Source of the DNA: an uncultured delta proteobacterium
GTDB lineage: Bacteria; Myxococcota; Myxococcia; Myxococcales; Myxococcaceae
DNA: 64,000 bases
Assembly (NCBI GenBank): GCA_963796055.1
Contig: CAWCKH010000004.1
Location: 1,120,001-1,184,000 of the forward strand
Direction: 5' to 3'
Shown here: positions 10,648-20,617 of the stretch, one piece after another
Layout: every line of letters starts with the position of its first letter
Position numbering within the stretch: position 1 is the first letter of the stretch
Program-made: the position numbers and the translations under genes
Notes under the pieces: model-generated
Databases searched by the model: none
What the model saw: only the letters and a program-made list of their open reading frames with translations
What the model was told of the DNA's origin: nothing

Positions 10648-11280
10648 GTGCTGAAGCTGTTCGGTCATGACGCCTCGCCGTACGTCCGTCGGGTCCGGAT
10701 CGTGCTCGCCGAGCTGCAGATCCCGTTCGAGCGTGACGTCCACAGCTGGCAGGACCCGGCGCCCGAGTTCAGCGCTGCCTCGCCCATCCGGCGTGTGCCG
10801 ATGCTCGACCTCGGTCCGGGGGCCCCGGTTCGCCATGTGTTCGAGTCGCGGGTCATCACCGCGCTGCTCTACGCCATGCCCCACCCCCGCCCCGGCGGCG
10901 CGCCGCCGTTCCAGGACTCGGTCTTCGACCCGGGGCTCGCGCTCCTGGACCAGAACGTCGTCTCGGCGGCCGACGCCGCGCAGGACAGCCTGGTGAACGT
11001 CTTCCTGCTCGAGAACGACGGCGTGCGAACCGAGCAGTCGTCGTACCTCCGGCGTCAGGTGGACCGGGGGCGGGCGTGCCTGGACTGGCTCGAGGCCCGG
11101 TACCAGGGCAAGAGCACCCTCGCCCCGGGACGGCTGGCCTACGCCGACGTGGCGGTGATGAGCCTGCTGGGCTGGATCCGGTTCCGGAACCGGATGGACC
11201 TCACGCCCTGGCCGGAGCTGCTGGCCCTGGAGGCGGCCCACGCCGGGCGCCCGAGCATCGCCTCGACCCGGCCGGCGTAG
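10648..11280 (+). CDS. Glutathione S-transferase family protein
   Basis: KLFGHDASPYVRRVRIVL, SPIRRVPML, FESRVI, LAYADVAV. Confidence 0.8.
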   Translation: MLKLFGHDASPYVRRVRIVLAELQIPFERDVHSWQDPAPEFSAASPIRRVPMLDLGPGAPVRHVFESRVITALLYAMPHPRPGGAPPFQDSVFDPGLALLDQNVVSAADAAQDSLVNVFLLENDGVRTEQSSYLRRQVDRGRACLDWLEARYQGKSTLAPGRLAYADVAVMSLLGWIRFRNRMDLTPWPELLALEAAHAGRPSIASTRPA

Positions 11281-11281
11281 G

Positions 11282-11406
11282 TCAGGGCGGCCGCTGTCGA
11301 GATCCGGGTCAGGGGTCCTCAGGCGCTATAGTCGGCGAACTCAGGGCGGCCGCTGTCGAGTGGTCAGGGCGGCCGCTGTCGAGTGGTCAGGGCGGCCGCT
11401 GTCGAG
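11282..11406 (+). repeat. Four exact copies of 20-mer TCAGGGCGGCCGCTGTCGAG
   Basis: Copies start at 11282, 11341, 11364 and 11387; the last three have a 23-bp period. Confidence 0.9.
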
Positions 11407-11790
11407 ATCCCCGGAACAACACTCTGAACGGAGTGTTGGACCCGCCGCTGGGCGAGCGCATCACCGCGGTCTCCTCCGCCGTTCGCTGTGACATCCAGGT
11501 GGACCCGGACGGCCGTAACCTGTCCGGGCGTTGCACCGTACCCCTGACCAGCATCACCGTGGACGCCGACCCGACCAAGACCGAGCACTTCCGCCAGTGG
11601 GCCACCAACCGCAAGGTTGACGCTGCTCGCTGCATCTTCGGAGCGCAACTCGACCGGATCGCGGTGTCCTGGCTCCAGGCGCCGGGTGAGACCACCGAGT
11701 TCCAGGCCGAGATTCCGTTCACCGTATGCGGGCGTCCCCGTGAAGACGCCGGGCGTGAGCGCGTGACCGGCACCCTGGTGCGCCTGGACG
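11406..11790 (+). pseudogene. Start-less fragment of a YceI-like (beta-barrel) protein
   Basis: Coding-like stretch NNTLNGVLDPPLGERITAVSS...GRCTVPLTSITVDADPTKTEHFRQW with no own start; 5' end replaced by repeats. Family call is tentative. Confidence 0.4.
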
Positions 11791-11951
11791 ATGGGTATGG
11801 CCAAGGTGGTCGCCGAGGAAGGTACGCTGGAGCTGACGCTGTTCGCCTCGCCCCCGGGGAGTTGCGCCCGCCCGCGTGCGAGCGGAGAAAACGCGCCGTG
11901 TGTTCCGCGGCCGTCCACCCGCAGTCCAAACGAAGAGAGGAAGTGTCGAAC

Positions 11952-12230
11952 ATGAATGGAAAGAATCTGAAGGGGGCGCTCATCGCCTCAGCCGTGTGCG
12001 CGATGTTCGCCACCGCCGCCCACGCCGCGGACAAGGCCGCGGGTCATGACAAGGCCGGCGGCGAGGTGAAGTGTGCCGGCATCAACTCCTGCAAGGGCAC
12101 CGGCTCGTGCGCCGGCGGCGGCCACGGCTGCGGCGGCCAGAACGCCTGCAAGGGCCAGGGCTGGAACGCGACCAAGACCGAGAAGGAGTGCACCGACAAG
12201 GGCGGCAAGATCGTCACCGCCAAGAAGTAG
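11952..12230 (+). CDS. bufA: Bufferin-type (six-Cys, BufA2-like) RiPP precursor with signal peptide
   Basis: Signal ending AHA, then CAGINSCKGTGSC...CGGQNACKGQGW...EC; directly upstream of DUF692/DUF2063. Confidence 0.85.
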   Translation: MNGKNLKGALIASAVCAMFATAAHAADKAAGHDKAGGEVKCAGINSCKGTGSCAGGGHGCGGQNACKGQGWNATKTEKECTDKGGKIVTAKK

Positions 12231-12249
12231 TCGTCGGTTTCTCACCCCT

Positions 12250-12290
12250 CACCGGAGCCGGACCGCCTGGTTCGGCTCCGGTGTGCTTTT
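12250..12290 (+). terminator. Stem-loop with short U tract between precursor and maturase
   Basis: CACCGGAGCCG...CGGCTCCGGTG followed by TGCTTTT. Confidence 0.65.
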
Positions 12291-12302
12291 CTGAAGCCCT
12301 CC

Positions 12303-13133
12303 ATGGTTCCCTTCCTCGGGCACGGCATCGGCCTCCGCACCAAGCACTTTCCGGATCTGCTGGAGCAGGGCCGGCGAGCGGACTGGTTCGAGGTCATCAC
12401 CGAAAATTTCCTGAACGTCGGCGGACGCCCCCGGGCGGTGCTGGAGGCAGTGCGCGCGGACCGGCCGGTGGTGCTCCATGGCGTCTCGCTGTCGGTGGGC
12501 TCGGTGGACCCGCTCGACGAGGGGTACCTGCGCGACGTGCGCGCGCTCGCCGACGCGGTGGAGCCAGCCTGGGTGTCGGACCACCTCTGCTGGGGCACCT
12601 TCGGAGGCCACAATGCGCACGACCTCTTGCCGATGCCGTTCACCGAGGAGTCGCTGGCCCACGTGGTGTCGCGGGTCTCCGAGGTCCAGGAGCGGCTCGG
12701 CCGGCGCCTGGTTCTGGAGAATGTCTCCAGCTACCTGACTTACGCCGCCTCGACCATCTCCGAGTGGGACTTCCTCGCCGAGGTGGCGCGGCGGGCGGAC
12801 TGCCTCGTCCTCCTCGACGTGAACAACGTCCACGTCAGCGCGGTCAACCACGGCTTCGACCCCCACGCCTACCTGCGCGGGATCCCCGAGGACCGGGTGG
12901 CGCAGATCCACCTCGCCGGCCACCAGGACCTGGGCACGCATCTGCTGGACACCCACGACGCACCGGTGCCGGATCCGGTGTGGGCCCTCTACCGCGAGGC
13001 GGTTCGCCGCTTCGGCCGGGTGAGCACCCTGGTGGAGTGGGACGATCACATCCCCCCGCTCGACGAGGTGCTGGACCAGGCCGAGAAGGCCCGGGCCTTC
13101 GAGAAGGCGGTGCTGGAGGGAGAGGCGTCGTGA
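12303..13133 (+). CDS. bufB: DUF692 multinuclear non-heme iron oxidase (MNIO, bufferin maturase)
   Basis: GIGLR, WFEVITENF, LHGVSLSVG, SDHLCW, LENVSSY, LDVNNV, QIHLAGH, DTH, EWD. Confidence 0.93.
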   Translation: MVPFLGHGIGLRTKHFPDLLEQGRRADWFEVITENFLNVGGRPRAVLEAVRADRPVVLHGVSLSVGSVDPLDEGYLRDVRALADAVEPAWVSDHLCWGTFGGHNAHDLLPMPFTEESLAHVVSRVSEVQERLGRRLVLENVSSYLTYAASTISEWDFLAEVARRADCLVLLDVNNVHVSAVNHGFDPHAYLRGIPEDRVAQIHLAGHQDLGTHLLDTHDAPVPDPVWALYREAVRRFGRVSTLVEWDDHIPPLDEVLDQAEKARAFEKAVLEGEAS

Positions 13134-13909
13134 GGCTGGGCGAGCTCCAGGCGTTGCTCCACGGGCGGATCACCGGCAGCGTGGCCGGCCGCGAGGACGA
13201 GCTCCGGGAGCAAGTCGTGCCCCGCCCCCCGCTCGACGCGCTGGAGCGAGTGGAGATCTACGCCCGGATGTACCTCTATCGGCTGGTGGACGCGGTGGCC
13301 GAGGACGTCCCTCACACCGCCCGGGTGCTGGGCCACGAGGCCTTCGTGAACCTGGTGCGTGAGTACCTGCTGGAGCACCCCAGCCGCTCGCCGGACATCG
13401 GGCAGGTCGGGCGCCACTTCGGATCCTGGCTCCGGACGCGGGAAGGATTCCGCGCCGACCTGCCGGATCTGGCACTGCTCGAGCGAGCGCGGTCCGAGGT
13501 CCGCACTGCGCTGGACGCGCCGGTCGCGGGAACCGAGGCCCTGCAGGGCCTGCCGCCCGACGCGCTGCCCGCGGCCCGGTTCGTCTTCTCCCCGTCGCTC
13601 CGGGTCCTCCGGTTGCAGCACGACGTCATGCCGCTCTGGGATGCGCTGGAGAAGGACACGGGCACGGTCCCCGAGCCCATCACCGGACCGACCGCGCTCC
13701 TGGTCTGGCGGCAGGAGTTCAAGGTCTTCCACACCGGGCTGTCCGAGCCCGAGGCGCGGGCGCTGGTGGTGGCGCGCGAGGGCGGCACCTTGGAGGACGT
13801 CTGCGCGACGTTCGCCGGCGAGCCCGATCCGGCCCACACCGCGTTCAAGACGGTGCTCAGCTGGTTCGCCGACGGGTGGGTGGCGGCGGTCACCTGGGAG
13901 CGGGCCTGA
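13130..13909 (+). CDS. bufC: DUF2063 MNIO partner protein
   Basis: ERVEIYARMYLYRLVDAV...EYLLEHPSRS...DLALLERA; GTGA overlap with DUF692. Confidence 0.85.
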   Translation: MRLGELQALLHGRITGSVAGREDELREQVVPRPPLDALERVEIYARMYLYRLVDAVAEDVPHTARVLGHEAFVNLVREYLLEHPSRSPDIGQVGRHFGSWLRTREGFRADLPDLALLERARSEVRTALDAPVAGTEALQGLPPDALPAARFVFSPSLRVLRLQHDVMPLWDALEKDTGTVPEPITGPTALLVWRQEFKVFHTGLSEPEARALVVAREGGTLEDVCATFAGEPDPAHTAFKTVLSWFADGWVAAVTWERA

Positions 13910-13915
13910 GGGGGA

Positions 13916-14032
13916 TCAGCCGACCTCCAGGCGCGCGATCTTCTGGCCTTCGAGCTTGAACCAGTAGGTCAACGCGACCGGACTTCCCGGAAAGCTGCCC
14001 GACACGCGGACGCTGACGGCGGTTCGCCCAGA
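13916..14032 (-). pseudogene. C-terminal remnant of SnoaL/NTF2-like protein
   Basis: Manual translation SGRTAVSVRVSGSFPGSPVALTYWFKLEGQKIARLEVG*; no N-terminus. Confidence 0.6.
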
Positions 14033-14267
14033 AGAGCATCAGGGGGCGGCGCGCGGCGGTTACGCGGGCGCTGCCGGGGCCTTCCTGCTCCGTGGAGGAC
14101 GCGGGGTGGTCATGAGCCGGCGTCGGTGCCCGGACCGGGGCGGCCTGCGCGCCTCTCGAGCGCTCCGGCAATCCGGACGGTCCCATTCAGGAAAGAGCGG
14201 AAAGGCAGGTTCGCGCGACCCGTCCGGAACGTGGCCTTGCACGTCACATCCCCGCCGTCGGCCGGGC

Positions 14268-15026
14268 TCAGGGCGCGACCGACACCGCCCGGCCCTTGAG
14301 CGGCTGCACCGGCCGCGCGTTCTTCGCGTACTTCGCCTTGAACCCGTCGAGCTCCGGCTTCGACACCGGCTCGGCGGCGAGCAGCACGATCCACTGCACG
14401 TCCTCGCTGCAGGGCGGAGTGGTGAGCGAGCCGGCGTAGGCGAAGTGCTTCCGGTCGGCGGGGAGCATCGCCGGGAGGTCGACCTCGACGGTCTTCTTCT
14501 CGCCCGGGGCCGGAAGCGCGGTGAGCACCGGCGCGAATGCCGAGGGTGCCGTCCCCTGCTTCACCATCACCCCGACCACCGCCAGCTTCCCCTCGGCCGA
14601 CTTGTGGACGAAGTGGACCTCCATCGGGGCCGCCTTGCCATCGATGGTGTGCTCGGACGGGGTGTGGAAGTGGAACTGGAGCAGCTCGTACCGCGTCCCG
14701 CCGTAGGTGATGGCGTTTCCCGGCGGGAGGTTCACCTGGTCGCTGTGCCCGGTGTCGACCAGCTCACCGGTCGACCTGCTCCACGCGAACTCCAGCGGCT
14801 GCTGCGGTGCCTGGGCCTTGGCCTGCTTCGTCGAGAGCGCGACCGGACTCTGGTGCGTCCCGGTGGCGCAGGTGGGCGAAACCTCGCCCCACTTCGGCGG
14901 GGTGATTCCGTGGGTGTAGCTCCACTGGTGCTCGCCCTCGGCCTTCTTCGGCTCGTCGGCACGGGCAGCGGCGACGAGCGCGACGGCGGCAACGGCGGCA
15001 ACGGCGAACGTCTGGATGAGGCGCAT
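14268..15026 (-). CDS. Secreted alpha-class carbonic anhydrase
   Basis: Signal peptide, WSY, QSPV, QFHFHTPSEH, EVHFVH, YAGSLTTPPCSE, NARPVQP. Confidence 0.93.
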   Translation of the reverse strand: MRLIQTFAVAAVAAVALVAAARADEPKKAEGEHQWSYTHGITPPKWGEVSPTCATGTHQSPVALSTKQAKAQAPQQPLEFAWSRSTGELVDTGHSDQVNLPPGNAITYGGTRYELLQFHFHTPSEHTIDGKAAPMEVHFVHKSAEGKLAVVGVMVKQGTAPSAFAPVLTALPAPGEKKTVEVDLPAMLPADRKHFAYAGSLTTPPCSEDVQWIVLLAAEPVSKPELDGFKAKYAKNARPVQPLKGRAVSVAP

Positions 15027-15169
15027 GGGCGACTTCCCTCCCGGCGGGTGGCCAGCGACGAGATGCGACGACGCCGACCGCGGACAATGCGTCCAAAGAC
15101 CTAGCCCTCGACGCTCCGTGGCGGAGACGACTCCGGATTGCAACTTCCCTGGGGACGCAGGCCGCCGGT

Positions 15170-17308
15170 CTACTTGTGGACCGAGACTGCGACCTGGCCC
15201 GATCGCCGGGAGACGTCCACCCCGGCCCCGCCATCGGCGTAGCGATGGATCCGGAGGTCGATGCGTGACGAACCCACGCGGAGACCCTCGATGTGCAGAA
15301 CGTCGAGGAACCCGGGGAGCATCGGATTGCTGAAGGTCACCTGCCCGCGCACCCCGTCGACGTCGAGCCCGAGCGCGGCCCGGAGCATCATCAGCACCGC
15401 TCCGGAGGCCCAGGCCTGCGGCGAGCACGCCACCGGGTACAGGGTGGGCCCCGAGCCCGGCCGGCGCGGGAAGCCGCAGAACAGCTCGGGAACGCGCCGG
15501 AGCTCGAACGACAGGCTGGCCTCGGAGAACCGCTCCAGCACCGCCAGCGCGGCTTGCTTCAGGCCGTAGTGCGAGAACCCCAGGGCGGCGAGGGCGTTGT
15601 CGTGCGGCCAGACCGAGCCATCGTGGTACGACATCGGGTTGAAGCGCGCCTCCCCGAGCGCCACGGTGCGGATCCCCCAGCCGGAGAAGAACGCCTCGCC
15701 GGTCAAGGTGGCGGCCACCTTTCTCGCCCGCTCCGCGCTCACCAGCTGCATCGCCAGGCAGTGCCCGGCGTTCGAGGCGCGCACCTCGCACGGCCTCTTG
15801 GCCCCATCGAGCGCCAGCGCATAGGTGGAGAGCTCCTCGCACCAGTACGCGCTCTCGAAACGCGCTCTGAGCTCCTCGGCGAGCTCGCTCTGCCGCCTGG
15901 CCAGCTCGGAGCGCCCGAGCGCGGTCGCCATCCGCGCCATCGCCCGGCGGGCCGCGTAGACGTAGCCCTGCACCTCGCATAGCGCGATGGGGCCCTCGGC
16001 CAGGCGGCCGTCGGCGTGGAAGACGGCATCGAACGAGTCCTTCCATCCCTGGTTGCTCAGGCCTGTGGCTGAACGGCGGGCGTACTCGATGAAGCCGTCG
16101 CCGTCCCGGTCGCCGCTGGTCTCGATCCAGCCCAGCGCCGCCTGGAAGTGCGGCCAGAGCTCCTTCACCAGCGCGACGTCGCCGGTGGCGTGCAGGTACT
16201 CGCCGGCGAGGACCAGGAAGAGCGGCGTGGTGTCCACCGCGCCGTAGTAGCGACCGAAAGGAACCTCGCCCAGCGCCGCCATCTCCCCCTCGCGCATCTC
16301 GTGGATGATCTTCCCCGGCTCGGCGTCCTCCTCCGCCGAGGAGTGAAGGGCCTGGGTGGCGGCCAGGAAGCGCAGAACGCCGGCCGCCACCTCCGGCTGG
16401 ATCCACAGCATCTGGAGCGCGGTGATGATCCCGTCGCGGCCGAAGGGAGTGCTGTACCAGGGCACGCCAGCATAGGGGTACAGGCCCTCATGCTTCCGGG
16501 TGAGGAGCATCCGCAGGTCGGACACGGAGCGATCCAGCCACTCGTCGAACAGGCCGCTGGACGAGCCGATGCGGGCCTCCGCGCGCCGCAACGCCTCATG
16601 CTCCGCTCCCCTGCGCCCGGCCGCATCGGCGTAGGAGCTGACCTTCTCCGCGGACGTGCCCTGGGTGAAGGTCACCTCAAAGGAGATCTCGCGCTCCTCC
16701 CCGGGCCCGAGCGCCAGGGAGTAGCGCACGTCGTGGTCGGCGACCTGGGTCGGGTCGGGCCGGCACCGCAGGCGCGTCCGTCGGAGCACGCCGTCCAGGC
16801 CGTGGTACGCGATGCCGATGCCGTCAGGGTGCAGCTCCGGAGGATCTTGCCTCCCGCGCCGGCTCCGCGGCGTCCCCCGCACCTCGAAGACGTCCGCGAA
16901 GTCCGCCTCCAGCCGGATGCGGAGCTCGAAGGCGACCACGCCGGCCGAGAAGTTGTTCACCCGCACCCGCTGGTGACACACGCCGTCCTCGAGGATGCAC
17001 CCCCGGAACAGGTGAACGCTGTCGTGCGGGACTGCCAGCTCGCCCTCGCGGGAGAGGTCCGGGTTGGTCAGATCCACGGCCAGGAGCACGTTGTCCCGCA
17101 CCACCGTCGAGCTCAGGGTCATCGGACGCTGACCGTCGACACGGACATCGAGGCGAGACACGTACCGGGTTCCGCGGTGGTAGACGCCCTGCTCCTGCCG
17201 CGCATCGGAGGAGATGGCGCCGGCCCGGTCGAACACCGCGAAGGTGTCCTGGTGCATCAGCACCCGGGCCAGCTCGTCGTGGCCCTCCGTCACCCGCGTT
17301 TCAGCCAT
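15170..17308 (-). CDS. Amylo-alpha-1,6-glucosidase / glycogen-debranching family protein
   Basis: AGVPWYSTPFGRD, EPGKIIHE, YYGAVDTTPLF, NQGWKDS, SYHDGSVWPHD, ACSPQAWA. Confidence 0.9.
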   Translation of the reverse strand: MAETRVTEGHDELARVLMHQDTFAVFDRAGAISSDARQEQGVYHRGTRYVSRLDVRVDGQRPMTLSSTVVRDNVLLAVDLTNPDLSREGELAVPHDSVHLFRGCILEDGVCHQRVRVNNFSAGVVAFELRIRLEADFADVFEVRGTPRSRRGRQDPPELHPDGIGIAYHGLDGVLRRTRLRCRPDPTQVADHDVRYSLALGPGEEREISFEVTFTQGTSAEKVSSYADAAGRRGAEHEALRRAEARIGSSSGLFDEWLDRSVSDLRMLLTRKHEGLYPYAGVPWYSTPFGRDGIITALQMLWIQPEVAAGVLRFLAATQALHSSAEEDAEPGKIIHEMREGEMAALGEVPFGRYYGAVDTTPLFLVLAGEYLHATGDVALVKELWPHFQAALGWIETSGDRDGDGFIEYARRSATGLSNQGWKDSFDAVFHADGRLAEGPIALCEVQGYVYAARRAMARMATALGRSELARRQSELAEELRARFESAYWCEELSTYALALDGAKRPCEVRASNAGHCLAMQLVSAERARKVAATLTGEAFFSGWGIRTVALGEARFNPMSYHDGSVWPHDNALAALGFSHYGLKQAALAVLERFSEASLSFELRRVPELFCGFPRRPGSGPTLYPVACSPQAWASGAVLMMLRAALGLDVDGVRGQVTFSNPMLPGFLDVLHIEGLRVGSSRIDLRIHRYADGGAGVDVSRRSGQVAVSVHK

Positions 17309-18368
17309 GCGACTCGGCTCCCGCGCTCCATCCGGGCTCGCCGACGCCCCGACGGGCGTCGATGAGCTGCTCATACACCCCGACGTACTCCCCGGCCATG
17401 CGGGCCACCGAGAATCTCCGTTCGAACTCCCGCCGGCAGCCGCCGCGGTCCATCGCGATGACCCCGGGTAGAGCGGCCACCGCCTCGTCCACCGAGCCGA
17501 CGATCGCGCCGGTGACTCCCTCCCGGAGCACCTCCTCGACCGCCCCGCCTCGGAAGGCAAGCACCGGCGTACCGCATGCCATGGACTCGATCATCACCAG
17601 ACCGAACGGTTCGGGCCAGTCGATGGGAAAGAGGACCGCGCTTGCCTCCCCCAGGAACTCGACCTTCTCCGCATCGCCGATCTCGCCCAGGTACTCCACG
17701 CCCGGTCCGGCGAGTAGTGGCTCGATCTCCCGTTCGAAGTACCTACGGTCGGCCGGGTCCACCTTGGCCGCGACCCGGAGTGGGAGGCCCACCCGCCGGG
17801 CGATCTCCAGCGCGCGATCGAGGCGCTTCTCCGGCGAGATGCGGCCCAGAAAGGCGAGGTATCCCCCGACGCCCCCTCCGGGGCGGTAGAGCCCGAGCGG
17901 AAGCCCGTGGTGGACGGTCCCGACCCACCGCGCGTGCGGCAGCGGTGCGCGCTGCGCGTCCGAGATGGAGACCACCGCGGCGTGGGAGAAGACCCGGTAC
18001 AGCCGCGCCAGCCCGGGAAGGTCCAGCCGCCCGTGCAGGGTAGTGACCACCGGCGTCAGCGCCTCGCGGAGCAGCGGGTAGTGCAGGCCGTCCCCGTGGA
18101 AGTGGATGACGTCGAAGTCGTCGCTGCTGCGGAAGACCTTCTCCACCTCGATGAGCGCGTGGTGGATCCACATCGGGTCTCCCCGCAATGGCCGTTCCAC
18201 CACCGGCACCAGGCGCGCCGAGGTCTGCGAGTCCGCGGTGGCGAAGAGCGTGACCTCGTGCCCCTGCCGGACCAGCTCCTCGGTGAGGTAGGAGACCACG
18301 CGCTCCGTTCCGCCGTACCGCAGCGGAGGCACGCTCTCGAACAGCGGGGCCACCTGCGCGATCCGCAC
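17301..18368 (-). CDS. Glycosyltransferase family 4
   Basis: RIAQVAPLFESVPPLRYGGTERVV, FLGRISPEK, WPEPFGLVMIESMACGTPV. Confidence 0.92.
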   Translation of the reverse strand: MRIAQVAPLFESVPPLRYGGTERVVSYLTEELVRQGHEVTLFATADSQTSARLVPVVERPLRGDPMWIHHALIEVEKVFRSSDDFDVIHFHGDGLHYPLLREALTPVVTTLHGRLDLPGLARLYRVFSHAAVVSISDAQRAPLPHARWVGTVHHGLPLGLYRPGGGVGGYLAFLGRISPEKRLDRALEIARRVGLPLRVAAKVDPADRRYFEREIEPLLAGPGVEYLGEIGDAEKVEFLGEASAVLFPIDWPEPFGLVMIESMACGTPVLAFRGGAVEEVLREGVTGAIVGSVDEAVAALPGVIAMDRGGCRREFERRFSVARMAGEYVGVYEQLIDARRGVGEPGWSAGAESHG

Positions 18369-18511
18369 GATTCCTCCCTGGGCGGAGGGTAAGACGGAAA
18401 CCGGCGGATGCCACCTGCCCGGCCCCGTGCGGCGACGCGCACGCGCCGAGCCTGGGCGCTCGGCGGGCAGGAGCCGGCGACGTGCCGCCCGGATGGCGAG
18501 GCAGGACGCCG

Positions 18512-20572
18512 TCAGTCCCCGACGCGGACCAGGACGCGCAGCACCTCGGCCACGCTCCACGCCTGGGCCGGCGCGCCGACCGGACGGAACGGAGGCTCGG
18601 GCTCGAAGCACTCGGGCAGCTGGCCCAGGCACCCGGTCTCCATCCGGGCGATGAGCGAGGCGATGGCGGCGCGGGCCCGGGTCCGGGTCTCTGCCGAGCC
18701 GCCGCGCACCGCGAACAGCGCGTCCACGTACGGGCCCACCAGCCACGGCCAGACCAATCCCTGGTGGTAGGCCGAGTCGCGCTGGGAGGGACCGCCGCGG
18801 TAGGCGGGACGGTAACCAGGGTCGCCCCGGGCGAGGGTCCGCAGTCCCACCGGGGTCACCAGCGCGGCCTCCACCGCCTCCAGCACCATCGCCCGACGGC
18901 GCCCGTCGAGCAGTGGAAACGGCAGCCCCACCGCGAACAGCTGGTTGGGACGGAGCCGCGCATCCGGACCCTCGGGGAGGACGACGTCGAAGCAGCAGCG
19001 CCGCGCGTCGTTCCAGAAGGCCCGGTCGAACGCGCCGGCGACCAGATCCGCCTCTCGGCCGAACGCGCGGGCCCGCGGTCCGTCACCGAGCTGGCGCGCC
19101 CATCGCTCGGACAGGCGGAGGGCATTGTACCAGAGCGCGTTCACCTCCACCGGCTTGCCGTGCCGCGGCGTCACCGGGACGTCGTTCACCCGCGCGTCCA
19201 TCCAGGTGAGGTTCGTGCCCGGACCTCCGGCCACCAGCAACCCGTCCTCGGGGTCGACATGGATCCCGTGGTGGGTGCCGCGGAGGTGCGCGTCCACGAT
19301 GGCGCACGCCGCCGGGTAGAACACGTCGCGGACGAACGCCGGCGAGCCCCCCGCCTGCTCCCAGGCGTGCACCGCCTGGAACATGAACAGGGTCGCGTCG
19401 ACGGTGTTGTACTCGGCCGGGCCTGCGGCGTCGGGAAACCGGTTCGGCACCAGGCCGCCGTCGAGGTGGGTGAGGAAGCCCTCCAGCACCTCGCGCGCCA
19501 GCTCCAGCTGCCCGCGGGCGACGAGGAGACCGGGGAGGGAGATCATCGTGTCCCGGCCCCAGTCGGTGAACCATGGGTACCCGGCGATGACGGTGGCCGT
19601 GCCATCCACACGTCGCACCAAGTACGCCTCGGCGGCTCGTTCCAACCGCGCGCATCCCTCGATGAGATCGTCCCGCCGACGCACCGGCCGCGCCGTGGAG
19701 GGAGGACGAAGCCCCGCCTCCGCGCGACGGAAGCGCCCGCCCAGCGCCTGGAGGTCCAGCCGCGCCGCGGACTCGACCGACGCCGCCACCACCGCCGGGC
19801 GGCCCGGTTCGACCTCCAGCTCGAAGCTGCCGGGCAGCAGGAGGTCTTCCCGGAAGTCGAGCCCGCGGTCCAGCTCCTCGAGGTACTCGACGTTCTCGTG
19901 CCACACCGGCGCGCCGGCGAACGGCCCACCTCCGTGCGCGATGCGCAGCGATGGCAGGCCCGGGTACGGCTGGAAGCGCACCACCCGCCCGGCCGCCGTG
20001 CTCTCCTCGTCGAACCCGGTCCAGGCCTCCCGGTTCCGGTGCGTCAGCCCGTGGTAGTCGCGGAATGCGAACAGTGGCTGGACGCGCAGCCGCACCGGGG
20101 CGGCGCTCGCGTAGCGCACGACGACCGTCTGCTCGCCCGGGACGAGCAGCACCCGCCGCTCCACCTCGACGCCCCCCACCGACCAGGTCCAGACCGGACC
20201 ATCGTCGAGGGAGAAGCGCACCAGCCGGGTGTACCCGTCCGGGTACAGGGTGTTCGGGTACTGGTTGACCGACAGCGGGACCGCGCCCTGCGGCGTCAAC
20301 GCGGTCTCCTCCAGCCGGGCGAGGGTGACGATGCGCTGCACGGGTGGGTGGAGGCTCGCAACCAGCAGGCCGTGGTACCGCCGGGTGCTCGACCCGGCCA
20401 CGGTGCCCATCGCGAAGCCCCCGGTGCCGTTGGTGAGCAGCCACTCCAGACGGGAGGCGCGCGGATAGAGCGTGCACACCTCGCGGGGCAGCTCGATGGG
20501 CTCAGGCGAGGAGACGGGCACCGGGCCTCCCGGGACGGCCGCGGGCGCGGCGCTGGTCGCCCGCGTGCTCAT
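18512..20572 (-). CDS. Glycogen debranching enzyme, archaeal-type (GDE_N + GDE_C)
   Basis: EWLLTNGTGGFA, RRYHGLL, IAGYPWFTDWGRDT, TWMDAR, YHQGLVWPW, QAWSVAE. Confidence 0.9.
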   Translation of the reverse strand: MSTRATSAAPAAVPGGPVPVSSPEPIELPREVCTLYPRASRLEWLLTNGTGGFAMGTVAGSSTRRYHGLLVASLHPPVQRIVTLARLEETALTPQGAVPLSVNQYPNTLYPDGYTRLVRFSLDDGPVWTWSVGGVEVERRVLLVPGEQTVVVRYASAAPVRLRVQPLFAFRDYHGLTHRNREAWTGFDEESTAAGRVVRFQPYPGLPSLRIAHGGGPFAGAPVWHENVEYLEELDRGLDFREDLLLPGSFELEVEPGRPAVVAASVESAARLDLQALGGRFRRAEAGLRPPSTARPVRRRDDLIEGCARLERAAEAYLVRRVDGTATVIAGYPWFTDWGRDTMISLPGLLVARGQLELAREVLEGFLTHLDGGLVPNRFPDAAGPAEYNTVDATLFMFQAVHAWEQAGGSPAFVRDVFYPAACAIVDAHLRGTHHGIHVDPEDGLLVAGGPGTNLTWMDARVNDVPVTPRHGKPVEVNALWYNALRLSERWARQLGDGPRARAFGREADLVAGAFDRAFWNDARRCCFDVVLPEGPDARLRPNQLFAVGLPFPLLDGRRRAMVLEAVEAALVTPVGLRTLARGDPGYRPAYRGGPSQRDSAYHQGLVWPWLVGPYVDALFAVRGGSAETRTRARAAIASLIARMETGCLGQLPECFEPEPPFRPVGAPAQAWSVAEVLRVLVRVGD

Positions 20573-20617
20573 GAAGGACGGACCTCGAGGAACGTCAACC
20601 CCGGATCCGTGCAGGGC

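Noticed and set aside
11282..11406. CRISPR array
   Set aside because: Gaps of 39, 3 and 3 nt, a 20-nt repeat, and no cas genes in the window.
11076..12230. 384-aa ORF as one fusion protein
   Set aside because: It overlaps the GST out of frame and crosses the repeats; bufA has its own RBS, ATG and signal peptide.
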